From: Candidatus Brocadiaceae bacterium
GTDB lineage: Bacteria > Planctomycetota > Brocadiia > SM23-32
DNA length: 64,000 nt
Assembly: GCA_003551305.1 (NCBI GenBank)
Contig: PUMJ01000156.1
Span: forward strand, 27,325 to 91,324
Direction: 5' to 3'
Every line of letters starts with the position of its first letter. Position 1 is the stretch's first letter. Shown here piece by piece: positions 7,051 to 15,898 of this stretch. The notes under the pieces are model-generated. The model was not told the origin of the DNA. It worked only from the letters and a program-made list of their open reading frames with translations, and did no database searches. A program made the translations under genes and the position numbers.

Positions 7051-9720
7051 CTAAGGCGTCAGCTTAAGGGTCGTCAAGCCGCGGGCCGGTACCGTCGGGC
7101 AGGGTGCGTCGTCGCGGAGCGGACAGGGCGCAACGAGGGCCTCGTTCAGGTCGGTCAGTCGGGCGTCGCTCACCGACTCCCACGTGCCCAGCGGGGCCGG
7201 AAGTTCACGGTCTTGCGGGTTCCACAGGCGCACGACGACGCCGTCGTCGTCCTCAGCCTTCTTCAGGGCCGAGACGACAAGGCGCGCGTCGGTCCGGAGG
7301 AATGAGCCCGTCGCCGGAAGTCCGCCGGGGTTCAGACCGGTCCCATCGGCGAGCGGCGGCACGGTGTAGTCGTGCGCCGCGGGCAGGCACCCGCCGGCCT
7401 GCCAGTCGGCCGGATGCGGCCTGACGGCGTATTCGAAAGTGTGCTCGCCCGGGCATTGGGCGCCGGGCACGGGATGGTCCGCCCCGGCCGGCGGGCCGAG
7501 CCGGCCCACGCAACGCAGCAGCGTCAGGTAGAGCCGCGCCCCGCCCTCGCATCGGACCGCCTCGAACTCCGGCAGACCGCGGTTCATCACGCAGAGCCCC
7601 GCTTCGCCGTCGGAGACGTCCACGAATGACTGCTGGGGGTAGCCTTCCATGCTCTCCTCCGGGCGGGACACCGGCCGCTCCGTGATGCTGAAGTTGCCCT
7701 CGGCGGCCGAGACCTCCGCCTCCAGGCCGGTTGCGAAGACGGCACGGAGCCGGTGGTCGCGGCAGCGGTTCACCAAGCGCGTGCGGACCTCCACGCGGTC
7801 CTTGCCTGCAAAAAGCGTGACATCGGAGACGATGTGCGCGTCCTCGGTCGCCTCCGATCGGTGCTCCGGCCCTGCACAGGCGGGCAGGCGCCACGGCACC
7901 TCCACGCGCCAGGTCACGCGGAAGGGCAACTGCTGCTGGAGCGTCAGCTCCGCCTTCGCGTGCCGCGTGCTGCGGACGTCGGGCCTCTCGTAGTGGCGGT
8001 GCCCGTAGGCGTCGCCGATGTCCTCGGTGTCCTCGAACCAGTGCAGCGCGGGGAAGCGCCGCCCCGTGCGGCGGTCCGTCAGGTCGAACGTGCCGTCGGG
8101 GTTGAAGCGGACGCGCAAGAACTCGTTCTCCATCCCGTCCCCGGTGGCGCGGACCGCCGGCTCGGGGTCCGGCTCCGGTCCCGGCGCCAGCCAGAAGGTG
8201 CGGTGCCCCATCGGCGGCAGGCCGGGAGCCAGGAACTCGACCTCCAGCACCGTGAAGACATCGTCCTCCGGCCGCTCAGGCTCGGCGTCCTTCGACAGCA
8301 CGGTGCCGAGTTGCCGCGTGGTCATCGGCAGCGACTCCAGGTCCATCCGCTTGCGCGCCTGCACACGGATGCGGGCGGGCACGGGCCGCCCCTCGCCGTC
8401 CACCAGGTGGAACTCGTCTCCCTCCAGGCGCCTCGGCACGCGCACCCACTGGCGCACGACGCCGTCCCGGCCGGCACCGAGCGTGTTGAACACCACGACG
8501 GCCGCGAGCGCGCCCCCCGGTCCGGAGGTGTCCACCCGGGGCGTCAACTCGCGCGTGGCGTCCTCGGTCAGCATCTCGCCGGCGTCCTGGATGCGGGCGT
8601 AACGGTTCGCCATGTCCTCATGCACCCGGTCCAGGCTGCAGCCGCAGATGGAGTCATGCGGATGATTCGCCACCAGCATCCGCCAGAGGCGGCCCAGCAG
8701 TCCCGCCGGGTATTCGCTGCCGGCAACCTGCATGGCCATGGTGCAGAGCGGCTCCACGTAGCGCTCCAGCAGGCGCTGGGCCCGGAAATTGGCCTGCTTG
8801 AGCCGGATGTGCGAAGACGTCACACCGTTGAACTGCCGCACGTTCTGCCCGCGCATCTCGCCGACGTAGACGGGCAGCTCCGGCGCCTCGCGCTCGACGG
8901 CGCGGGCAAACTCCGCCGCCGAGGCGATGAGGAAGTCGCAGTCCTCGACATGTTCGTTCAGGTACGCGATTATGCCGGGCAGGGATTCGCGCGGCTCCAT
9001 GTGGTCCACGCCGACCGGGAGGTAGAGGTTCGGCGTCGTCTCCCCCCGCGCCAGCTCGGGCCGCCTGCTGCGGAACGTGTCCGCCGCCTCGGGGCCGGTG
9101 GGGAGGGCCCGGCGGATGTCGGTCCATATCTCCGGATAGCTGAGGAACAGGCCGCCGGCGTATCCGTGGTTGATGGCCAGCGCCTCGGTGCCGTCCGGCG
9201 CCCGCCAGGTGAACTCGCGCTTGCCCTCGGCGATGCCCTCGGGCCGCCCCCGCCCGAACATGATGTAAGGCAGCCCGAACCCGCGCGCGAGCATGGGCAG
9301 CGTCTCGATGCTGCCGAAGGAGTCCGGCACGTAGCAGACCTGCATCGGCTCGCCGCCCATCCGCCGGGCCATGCGCATGCCTATCATCAGGTTGCGGACC
9401 GTGGACTCGGCGTCCTGGAGGAACTGGTCCGCCAGCACGTACCACGGCCCCAAGATGAGCCGTCCCTCCCGCACCAGGCGTTCCAGGGTCGGACGGTTTT
9501 CCGGCCGGACCTCCAGGTAGTCTTCAAGGGCGATGGTCTGGCCGTCAAGGACGAAGCAGGTGTAGTCCGGGTCGCCCTCGAGTATGCGGATGAGCCGGTC
9601 CACCAGGCGCACCAGCCGTATGCGGAACTGCTCGAGCGGTTGAACCCACTCGCGGTCCCAGTGGGTAGTGGGGCTGACGAAGACGCGGTATCCCATCGGC
9701 GCTTCTCCCGGGGGCGTCAT
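7051..9720 (-). CDS. glycoside hydrolase family 38 alpha-mannosidase
   Basis: Real start is Met344 of track ORF 7051..10749 (MTPPGEAPMGYRVFVSPTTHWDREW...); its ATG overlaps the upstream sulfatase TGA (ATGA). GH38 core YVPDSFG and downstream GH38 regions. The first 343 aa of the track ORF are an out-of-frame read through the sulfatase. Confidence 0.8.
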   Translation of the reverse strand: MTPPGEAPMGYRVFVSPTTHWDREWVQPLEQFRIRLVRLVDRLIRILEGDPDYTCFVLDGQTIALEDYLEVRPENRPTLERLVREGRLILGPWYVLADQFLQDAESTVRNLMIGMRMARRMGGEPMQVCYVPDSFGSIETLPMLARGFGLPYIMFGRGRPEGIAEGKREFTWRAPDGTEALAINHGYAGGLFLSYPEIWTDIRRALPTGPEAADTFRSRRPELARGETTPNLYLPVGVDHMEPRESLPGIIAYLNEHVEDCDFLIASAAEFARAVEREAPELPVYVGEMRGQNVRQFNGVTSSHIRLKQANFRAQRLLERYVEPLCTMAMQVAGSEYPAGLLGRLWRMLVANHPHDSICGCSLDRVHEDMANRYARIQDAGEMLTEDATRELTPRVDTSGPGGALAAVVVFNTLGAGRDGVVRQWVRVPRRLEGDEFHLVDGEGRPVPARIRVQARKRMDLESLPMTTRQLGTVLSKDAEPERPEDDVFTVLEVEFLAPGLPPMGHRTFWLAPGPEPDPEPAVRATGDGMENEFLRVRFNPDGTFDLTDRRTGRRFPALHWFEDTEDIGDAYGHRHYERPDVRSTRHAKAELTLQQQLPFRVTWRVEVPWRLPACAGPEHRSEATEDAHIVSDVTLFAGKDRVEVRTRLVNRCRDHRLRAVFATGLEAEVSAAEGNFSITERPVSRPEESMEGYPQQSFVDVSDGEAGLCVMNRGLPEFEAVRCEGGARLYLTLLRCVGRLGPPAGADHPVPGAQCPGEHTFEYAVRPHPADWQAGGCLPAAHDYTVPPLADGTGLNPGGLPATGSFLRTDARLVVSALKKAEDDDGVVVRLWNPQDRELPAPLGTWESVSDARLTDLNEALVAPCPLRDDAPCPTVPARGLTTLKLTP

Positions 9721-11066
9721 ATCTCTGGCAGCTCGAACTCGTCGCCCGTCTCGGCGATCCACGCGGCCAGTCTGCCCTGAAGGCGCCGGCGCTCGGCGCG
9801 GAAACGCGTGTTGTGGGCCAGGTTGGCCTGCTCGTACGGGTCCTCGTTCAAATTGAACATCAGCCAGGGCTGCCCCTCCAGGCAGGCATATTTCCACCCA
9901 TCCGGGGTGACCACCGCCCGCCAGGGCCGGTCCACGCTGTCGCCGTGGCCGGTGGGGACCACCAGTTGCAAGTAGGCCGAGTCCGGCTCCTCGCGCCGCT
10001 CGCGGCCCCGGACGATGCGGCCGGAGTAGTCGGTGCCGCGCATCGCGTCGGGCGGCTCGATGCCGCACAGGCCCAGGCTGGTCGGCGCGATGTCCACGTG
10101 GTTGACGGGCGCCCGCGGCCGGCCGTGGTGGTGCGTGTAGCGCCCGCCGAAGCGGTAGACGATGAACGGCATGCGGACGGATTCCTCCCAGGCGGTCGTC
10201 TTGCGGAACTGCCCGTGCGAGCCGTGCATGTCCCCGTGGTCGGAGAAAAAGACGACGTAGGTGTCTTCGGCGAGACCGGCCTCCCGCAGCGCCTCGTTGA
10301 CGCGGCCGACGTTCCAGTCCAGGTTCTCTATCTGCGCGTAGTAGCCGGCCAGTTCCCGGCGGGCCTGCTCCACGACGCGCGGCACGTCCGGGACGTTCGG
10401 CCGCAGTTCCACGGCGCCGGGCGTGTGCTGCGCCATCCACTCCTGCGGCGCCACGTAGGGGCCATGGGGCGGCTGCACGCTGAGGACCGCGAAGAAGGGT
10501 CGGTCCGCCCGTTCGCCTTCGCCGCCCTCGTGGATATAGTCTATGAGCATGTCGGTCAGGCAGTCGGTCTCGTAGCCCGGCAGGCGGTAATGGAAGGCGT
10601 CCTCCCCCTCGCCGCCGTGCACCCAGCAATCCCACTGGGCGTTGTTGTTGTCGTAGCCGGTCCAGACATCGAAACCGCCCCGCCGCTCCGGGGGCACGAT
10701 GTGCATGGCGGACCGGCCGTTGCCCTCCTTGAAGCCGTCCAGGTGCCACTTGCCGAAGTAGGCGGTCTGGTATCCGGCGTCACCGAACGCGTGGGCGACG
10801 GTCGGCTGCTCGGGCGGCATGGGGTATTCGTGGCCCGGCACGCACTCGTGGGGATAGAGGCCCGTCAAGAGCGAGCCGCGGAACGGGCAGCAGAGGGGGC
10901 AGCCGGCCACGGCGCCGGGGAAGGAGATGCCCTCGGCCGCCATGCGGTCCAGGTTCGGCGTGTGGACGTTGGGGTCGCCGGCATGGCCGACGGCCTGGCC
11001 GCGGTGCTGGTCTCCGAATATCCAGATGACGTTCGGCCTGCGAGACTCCTGGGTCTGTTCGCTCAC
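9717..11066 (-). CDS. sulfatase (Cys-type)
   Basis: RRPNVIWIFGDQHRG...CPLCCPFRGSLLTG (C-x-P-x-R)...FFSDHGDMHGSHG. Probable GTG start at 11066 (AGGAAG 8 nt upstream); the track Met at 11267 lies in unlikely GC-rich sequence. Confidence 0.75.
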   Translation of the reverse strand: MSEQTQESRRPNVIWIFGDQHRGQAVGHAGDPNVHTPNLDRMAAEGISFPGAVAGCPLCCPFRGSLLTGLYPHECVPGHEYPMPPEQPTVAHAFGDAGYQTAYFGKWHLDGFKEGNGRSAMHIVPPERRGGFDVWTGYDNNNAQWDCWVHGGEGEDAFHYRLPGYETDCLTDMLIDYIHEGGEGERADRPFFAVLSVQPPHGPYVAPQEWMAQHTPGAVELRPNVPDVPRVVEQARRELAGYYAQIENLDWNVGRVNEALREAGLAEDTYVVFFSDHGDMHGSHGQFRKTTAWEESVRMPFIVYRFGGRYTHHHGRPRAPVNHVDIAPTSLGLCGIEPPDAMRGTDYSGRIVRGRERREEPDSAYLQLVVPTGHGDSVDRPWRAVVTPDGWKYACLEGQPWLMFNLNEDPYEQANLAHNTRFRAERRRLQGRLAAWIAETGDEFELPEI

Positions 11067-11267
11067 CGGGAGGGTCTTCCTTTCGCGCTGGGGCGATGGC
11101 GTCGGCCTATCGTGCCCCAGGGCTGCGGCCCTGTCAAACGGGAATGCTGAACATGTCCGCCGGTGCGACGGGGACCTGCGGCCTTTGCAGGAAGGGAAGA
11201 CGAAGGCGTCTCCCCCACCCGGCGGGGGCGGCACAATGAGCCCGACGGCCCCCCTGGGGCGCCACAC

Positions 11268-12122
11268 TCAACGCGCACACTGCGGGGCGGGGCACCAGCG
11301 GGCCTTGTAGAGGTTCTCCGAGGGCATCGAGATGGCGGCCTGCGGCCGCAGGAACCTGAGGTGGTGCGACCACCAGTGATCACCCTCGGCCTGCACCCAG
11401 ACGAGCCGCCCCGTGGCCGGGTGGACGTCTATGCTCTTGACCCTGGCCCGGTCGGCCAGTTCCGGATGGGGCCGGAACTCGCGCCGGTCCCGGTCGAAGT
11501 GCCAGCAAGCCGACTGCGTGGTGACCGAGAGCAGGGCCGAACCGGGCACCGCGTTCAGGTCGTGCCCGTTGGGGTCCGGCAGCCCGAAAGCCACCTCGAG
11601 CCTCAGGGAACGATCGTCCGTCACCCGGTAGGCGCGCAGTTCGTCATGCCCCAGGGCCCACAAGACGCCCCGCTCGTCATCCCAGACGGCGCCGTGGGCG
11701 GAGGGCAGCGGGTCGTCGGCCAGCTCCGCCCCGTTGCTCAGGCGATACAGGATCAGGCGGTTGCCGCCCGGCCCCGTGCTGGCGGCGACGGCTGCCAGGC
11801 CGCCCGGCAGGGCCTCGATGGAGTGGGCGTTCGTGACGGGCGCGCAGAAAAGCACCCGTCCGTCCGACCGCTCGATCAGGGCAGCACCGCCGCCCGAGGA
11901 GGTGACCAGCACGCGGCGCCCGCCGTCAACGGGCTTGCACTCATCCGTCGTGCCGAAGCTCCCGCGCATCGGCTCGGGCAGGCCGGGAGCGTCGGCGGCG
12001 TGCCAGCTCCAGGTCCTCTCGACATCGGGCAGGGCGGCGGTCCGCAGGCAGAACACCTCGTCCCAGCCGCAGACGAGCAGTTCGTCGGGCCTCGGCTCGT
12101 TTTCGGGCGGTGGCGTCCTCAC
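11268..12122 (-). CDS. hypothetical protein (possible beta-propeller-like), GTG start
   Basis: C-terminal 285 codons of track ORF 11268..13106 have protein-like composition (LLVCGWDEVFCL...GHDELRAYRVTDDRSLRLEVAFGLPDPNGHDLNAV...). GTG at 12122 overlaps the upstream gene stop (GTGA). No family recognised. Confidence 0.4.
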   Translation of the reverse strand: MRTPPPENEPRPDELLVCGWDEVFCLRTAALPDVERTWSWHAADAPGLPEPMRGSFGTTDECKPVDGGRRVLVTSSGGGAALIERSDGRVLFCAPVTNAHSIEALPGGLAAVAASTGPGGNRLILYRLSNGAELADDPLPSAHGAVWDDERGVLWALGHDELRAYRVTDDRSLRLEVAFGLPDPNGHDLNAVPGSALLSVTTQSACWHFDRDRREFRPHPELADRARVKSIDVHPATGRLVWVQAEGDHWWSHHLRFLRPQAAISMPSENLYKARWCPAPQCAR

Positions 12123-12934
12123 GGGTTCTCCGGGTCTTCGTCGGCCGACGGGGGGTCCTGGGCGTTGGCGGCCTCCTGCAGGCGCCGGAGTTCGGCTTCG
12201 GCCTGGACCATCTGGCGGTGGGCAGCCTCGCCGGGCCAGCCGGCCTCGCGGCGGTCCAGGTCCGCCAGCGGCTCGCGGCGGCCGTAGAGCAGCAGGGTGT
12301 CGCCCGCCTCGATGCTCGTGGTGCCGCGGGGGCTGCCCAGGTAGGTGCCGTCCCGTCGCCGGATGCCCAGCACGATGATGCCCTCGGCCAGCAGGTTGCA
12401 CTCCTGCAGGGCCTTGCCGGCGATCCAATCCCCGGGCTGCACCTGGGACTCGACGATGGCGTAGTCGCCGCTCAGGCGCAGCAGGGCGGCGTAGTCGCGC
12501 GCGTCCACGTCCGTCCATCGGCTCAGGGCCCGGGTGATGAGGCGGCGCAGCCAGCGGTCGAACACCGAGCTGCGGGCCAGCAGCCAGAGCACCAGCACCC
12601 CCAGCACGATGTAGATGAGCCGCTGCCAGACGGGCGGACCTGCGACGGAATCGGCCTCGGAAAAGGCCAGTATGAGCGAGACCACGATGGTGGCCAGCCC
12701 GGCGCTGTGCAAAATCATCAGCGTCATCACGATGCGGCGGCGCACCGGGTGGTTGACGGCGCCCTCGGCCTCCTGCGTGGTGAAGCCGACGCCCGAGAGC
12801 GCCGAGCGGGCCTGGAAGCGCGCCGCCTCCTCCGACATGCCGGTCAGGGTGAGCGCCACCGTGGCCACGCGCGTGATGATAAGCGAGAGCAGCAGCGCTA
12901 CGAACAGGGCGATGATGGCGGCGATGGCCAGCAT
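12119..12934 (-). CDS. TrkA-C (RCK_C) domain membrane protein, putative ion transporter component
   Basis: MLAIAAIIALFVALLLSLIITRVATVALTLTGMSEEAARFQARSALSGVGF... has two N-terminal TM segments plus a C-terminal RCK_C-like region. Confidence 0.55.
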   Translation of the reverse strand: MLAIAAIIALFVALLLSLIITRVATVALTLTGMSEEAARFQARSALSGVGFTTQEAEGAVNHPVRRRIVMTLMILHSAGLATIVVSLILAFSEADSVAGPPVWQRLIYIVLGVLVLWLLARSSVFDRWLRRLITRALSRWTDVDARDYAALLRLSGDYAIVESQVQPGDWIAGKALQECNLLAEGIIVLGIRRRDGTYLGSPRGTTSIEAGDTLLLYGRREPLADLDRREAGWPGEAAHRQMVQAEAELRRLQEAANAQDPPSADEDPENP

Positions 12935-13127
12935 GTCCGGCTCCGATATACCACAAGTGGCGGCTAAGACAGGCGAACCGACGCCCACTGCCCGTCCCGC
13001 GGCAGGGGCCGCGCCGGCATGGCTTTTGACCCCCGGCGGGCCGGGCCGTACAATGGAGGGTTCTACGCAGTGGAACGTACCATTCTGCCCGTTGCCTCCC
13101 CCTCATTCAAGAGCGGAGCCCGCCCCG

Positions 13128-14447
13128 ATGCTTCAGGCCGTCATGGAGGCGCCGGTCATCGTCAAGGTGATGGCGGCGCTGGCCATAATACTGCTGGTGA
13201 GCCGGTTCTGCCGCCACCTGATCGTCAGCATCGCCGTGGGGGCGGTGGTACTGGCGCTCTGGGCCGGCTATCCGCTCGCCGGGGCGGCCTCCATCGCCTG
13301 GGGGGCCATCATCTCGCTGGACACCATCCTGCTGGCGATCATCGTGCTGCAGGTCATCTGGCTCAGCTCGGTGATGACGGCCGGGGGCGTAATGGACGAC
13401 CTGGTGGGGGCGGTGCGCTCACGCGTCTCACAGCGGGGCTCGATGGCCGTGCTGCCCGCCGTGATCGGGCTGCTGCCCATGCCGGGGGGGGCCCTGTTCT
13501 CGGCGCCGCTGGTGGATAGTTGCGACGTCAACGGGGACGTCTCGGCGGCGCTGAAGACGCAGACCAACCACTGGTTCCGCCACATCTGGGAATACTGGTG
13601 GCCGCTGGCGGCGGGAGTGCTGCTGGCGGTGGACATCGCCGGGCTGGAAATATGGCAGTTCATGGCCCTGCAGGCGCCGTTCACGCTCTTCGCTGTCGGC
13701 GCGGGCTACTGGTTCCTGCTGCGTCGCATCGAGCAGCCCCATTCAGGACCCACTATGGAGAAGGACGACGGTGCTCCGCACTTTCTGTCCCTGGTGCTGC
13801 CCATTGTGCTGGTCATCGGCACGTACGCGGTCGTCAAGATTGCCCACGCCGGCCTGGAGGCGCGATGGGGCGAGGCCGTCCCGGCGCTGCACCGGTACGT
13901 GCCGATGATGATCGGCCTTGTCGTCGCCTTGCTGGCGCTGCAGGTGCAGCGGCCTTTGGGTGTGCAGAAGTGGAAGGAGATACTGCTGTCCCGGCGCGCC
14001 TTCATGATGGCCGCCATCGTGGTGGTGGTGCGCATCTACGGCGCCTTCATCGAAGGTGAGCTTCCCAACGGCGTGCTGCTGGTTGACCAAATGCGGCAGG
14101 AGATGGCCCGGTGGGGTATACCGATGGTGGCCATCATGATGGCGCTGCCCTTCATCAGCGGCTTCGCCACAGGGCTCTCGGTTGCCTTCGTGGGGGCCAG
14201 CTTCCCCATCGTCATCAACCTGCTCGGTTCCAACCCCGCGGCCGGCGAACTGCTGCCCACCGTGCTGCTGGCCTACGCGTTCGGCTACGTGGGGGTGATC
14301 ATATCGCCGGTCCACGTCTGCCTGGTGGTGGCCAGCGAGCACTTCGGCACGCACCTGCTGGAGAACCTCGTGGCGCTGCTCAAGCCCTCGGCGGCCGTGT
14401 TGATGGTCGCCTTCATGGGCTACCACGTGGTGGGCTGGCTCCTCTGA
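13128..14447 (+). CDS. DUF401-family polytopic membrane protein
   Basis: From Met172 of track ORF 12615..14447: MLQAVMEAPVIVKVMAALAIILLV..., about 440 aa, many TM helices, DUF401-like layout. The upstream part of the track ORF is antisense to the TrkA-C gene. Confidence 0.55.
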   Translation: MLQAVMEAPVIVKVMAALAIILLVSRFCRHLIVSIAVGAVVLALWAGYPLAGAASIAWGAIISLDTILLAIIVLQVIWLSSVMTAGGVMDDLVGAVRSRVSQRGSMAVLPAVIGLLPMPGGALFSAPLVDSCDVNGDVSAALKTQTNHWFRHIWEYWWPLAAGVLLAVDIAGLEIWQFMALQAPFTLFAVGAGYWFLLRRIEQPHSGPTMEKDDGAPHFLSLVLPIVLVIGTYAVVKIAHAGLEARWGEAVPALHRYVPMMIGLVVALLALQVQRPLGVQKWKEILLSRRAFMMAAIVVVVRIYGAFIEGELPNGVLLVDQMRQEMARWGIPMVAIMMALPFISGFATGLSVAFVGASFPIVINLLGSNPAAGELLPTVLLAYAFGYVGVIISPVHVCLVVASEHFGTHLLENLVALLKPSAAVLMVAFMGYHVVGWLL

Positions 14448-14473
14448 GCCGCCCCCCGGGCATAGCGCGCCGC

Positions 14474-15130
14474 TCACCGCGGCTTTTTGAAGCCGATGGG
14501 CGTGTCTTCGTCCTCCGAGGTGCGCTTGCGCCGCCTGCGGGCACGGCGCCGCGTCAGGCTGGCTCGGCTGCTCATCTCGCGGTAGGCCCGCTGCACGTCC
14601 TCGCTGTCCCGTCGGAAGTTGTAGGAGTCCTCCTCGCGCACGCCCATCCGGCGCCCCTCGCTGATCGCGTCCTGCTCTGCGGCCAGGAAGATGAACTCCC
14701 AGTCATGCTTCTGCCTCTGCTCGTTGATCAGTTCGAAGACGCGCTCCCGGGTGTATTCGCGGCTGGAGTTTTCGAGCCCGTCGGTCAGGATGGCCACCAG
14801 CACGGCGGTGGGTCGCTCCTGCTGCGGCATGGCCGCGATGCGGGTGCGGGCGGTGTCCACCGCCGTGCCCACCGCGTCCAGCAGGGCCGTCATCCCGCCG
14901 ACGGCGTAGGTGCGGGAGTCGAGTTCGGGCACCTGCTGCAGGTCCAGACCGTCGCAGAGCAGCTCGTACGTCTGGTTGAACAGCACGAGACTGAACCGCG
15001 CCCGGCCGCTCTCCTTCTTCTGCTCGCGCAGAAACTTGTTGAACCCGCCGATGGCGTCCGCCTCGACGGCGCCCATGGACCCCGACCTGTCCATGACGCA
15101 GATGATCTCGACATGGCCGCTCTCACTCAT
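14474..15130 (-). CDS. von Willebrand factor type A (vWA) domain protein with basic C-terminal tail
   Basis: MIDAS motif ICVMDRSGSMG; vWA fold features (TALLDAV, ILTDGLEN); AAGGAGG RBS before Met19 of the track ORF; C-terminal RRRARRRRKR tail. Confidence 0.75.
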   Translation of the reverse strand: MSESGHVEIICVMDRSGSMGAVEADAIGGFNKFLREQKKESGRARFSLVLFNQTYELLCDGLDLQQVPELDSRTYAVGGMTALLDAVGTAVDTARTRIAAMPQQERPTAVLVAILTDGLENSSREYTRERVFELINEQRQKHDWEFIFLAAEQDAISEGRRMGVREEDSYNFRRDSEDVQRAYREMSSRASLTRRRARRRRKRTSEDEDTPIGFKKPR

Positions 15131-15522
15131 CTTTCCGCCTCCTTGTTGAGTTAGGGTTGAACCGGCCGGCGAGACGTTACGCACAGGCTGTGCCAGGAAT
15201 GGACGCCCGGACGAAGACGTGGCGTAAAGCGCTTTGAAACAAGAGCTTATATATTGTTAAACTCAGATGACGGGAGGCCCGGAAAGCGCAGAAGAGCTCA
15301 ATTGCTGCCGCCGACCGGTCAGAATATGACCTGGTGTGAAGGCTTCGCATCCACAGCCTGTTGAACCGGAGTGGCCACGCGCCCCGGCCGGGCCCCCGTC
15401 CGCAGCGAGGATGAACGGACGCACCGCGTTCGGCGGCCGGTTCGTTGGTTCTTGGGCCCGAAGCGCCCTCTTACGCGGGCAAGGCCCCGGCTGCCCCCCG
15501 AGGGCGGGGTGAGAAAGTGAAG

Positions 15523-15554
15523 AGGGCGCGGTCGGTCGGTTCCGACCGCGCCCT
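15523..15554 (-). terminator. putative intrinsic terminator downstream of the tRNA pair
   Basis: Perfect 13-bp stem agggcgcggtcgg/ccgaccgcgccct with a 6-nt loop. On the transcribed strand it is followed by CUCUUCACUUUCUC, 7 nt after the tRNA-Glu 3' end. Confidence 0.45.
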
Positions 15555-15561
15555 TCGTATG

Positions 15562-15639
15562 TGGTAGCCCCAAGGGGATTTGAACCCCTGTTACCGGAAT
15601 GAGAGTCCGGCGTCCTGGACCGGGCTAGACGATGGGGCC
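15562..15639 (-). tRNA. tRNA-Glu (anticodon CUC)
   Basis: Reverse complement folds as acceptor GGCCCCA/UGGGGCU, D-arm GUCUAG..CCAGGAC, anticodon stem CCGGA/UCCGG with loop CUCUCAU (CUC), T-arm AGGGG-UUCAAAU-CCCCU. Discriminator A and CCA are encoded. Close to E. coli tRNA-Glu. Confidence 0.8.
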
Positions 15640-15653
15640 ACGTAATCTGAAGA

Positions 15654-15727
15654 TGGCTGAGGAACCAGGATTCGAACCTGGAATACCTGATCCAGAGTCA
15701 GGCGTGTTACCGTTACACCATTCCTCA
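15654..15727 (-). tRNA. tRNA-Gln (anticodon CUG)
   Basis: Reverse complement UGAGGAA UG GUGU AACGGUA ACAC G CCUGA CUCUGGA UCAGG UAUU CCAGG UUCGAAU CCUGG UUCCUCA G CCA. U1:A72 and G73 are typical of tRNA-Gln; CCA is encoded. Confidence 0.85.
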
Positions 15728-15898
15728 GCTAAAACCCCAGTATATCAGCCCGCACCCGGCCGTTCAAGCGAGCGAACGGACCCACGGGTGCCCGCTCTGT
15801 TGATGTAACCGCTCACTTTTCCTGCGCACCGCCCGGTCGGCGCTATTTTTCAGCAACACGCGGTTGCGCAGGACACGCCCGCCCGCGTGCCGGGAGCA

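Noticed and set aside
15131-15561. 430-bp non-coding spacer checked for SRP RNA, tmRNA, RNase P and 6S RNA
   Set aside because: No tRNA-like ends, no SRP GGAA/GNAA helix-8 motif and no RNase P P4 motif were recognisable. Only the terminator hairpin at 15523..15554 is convincing.
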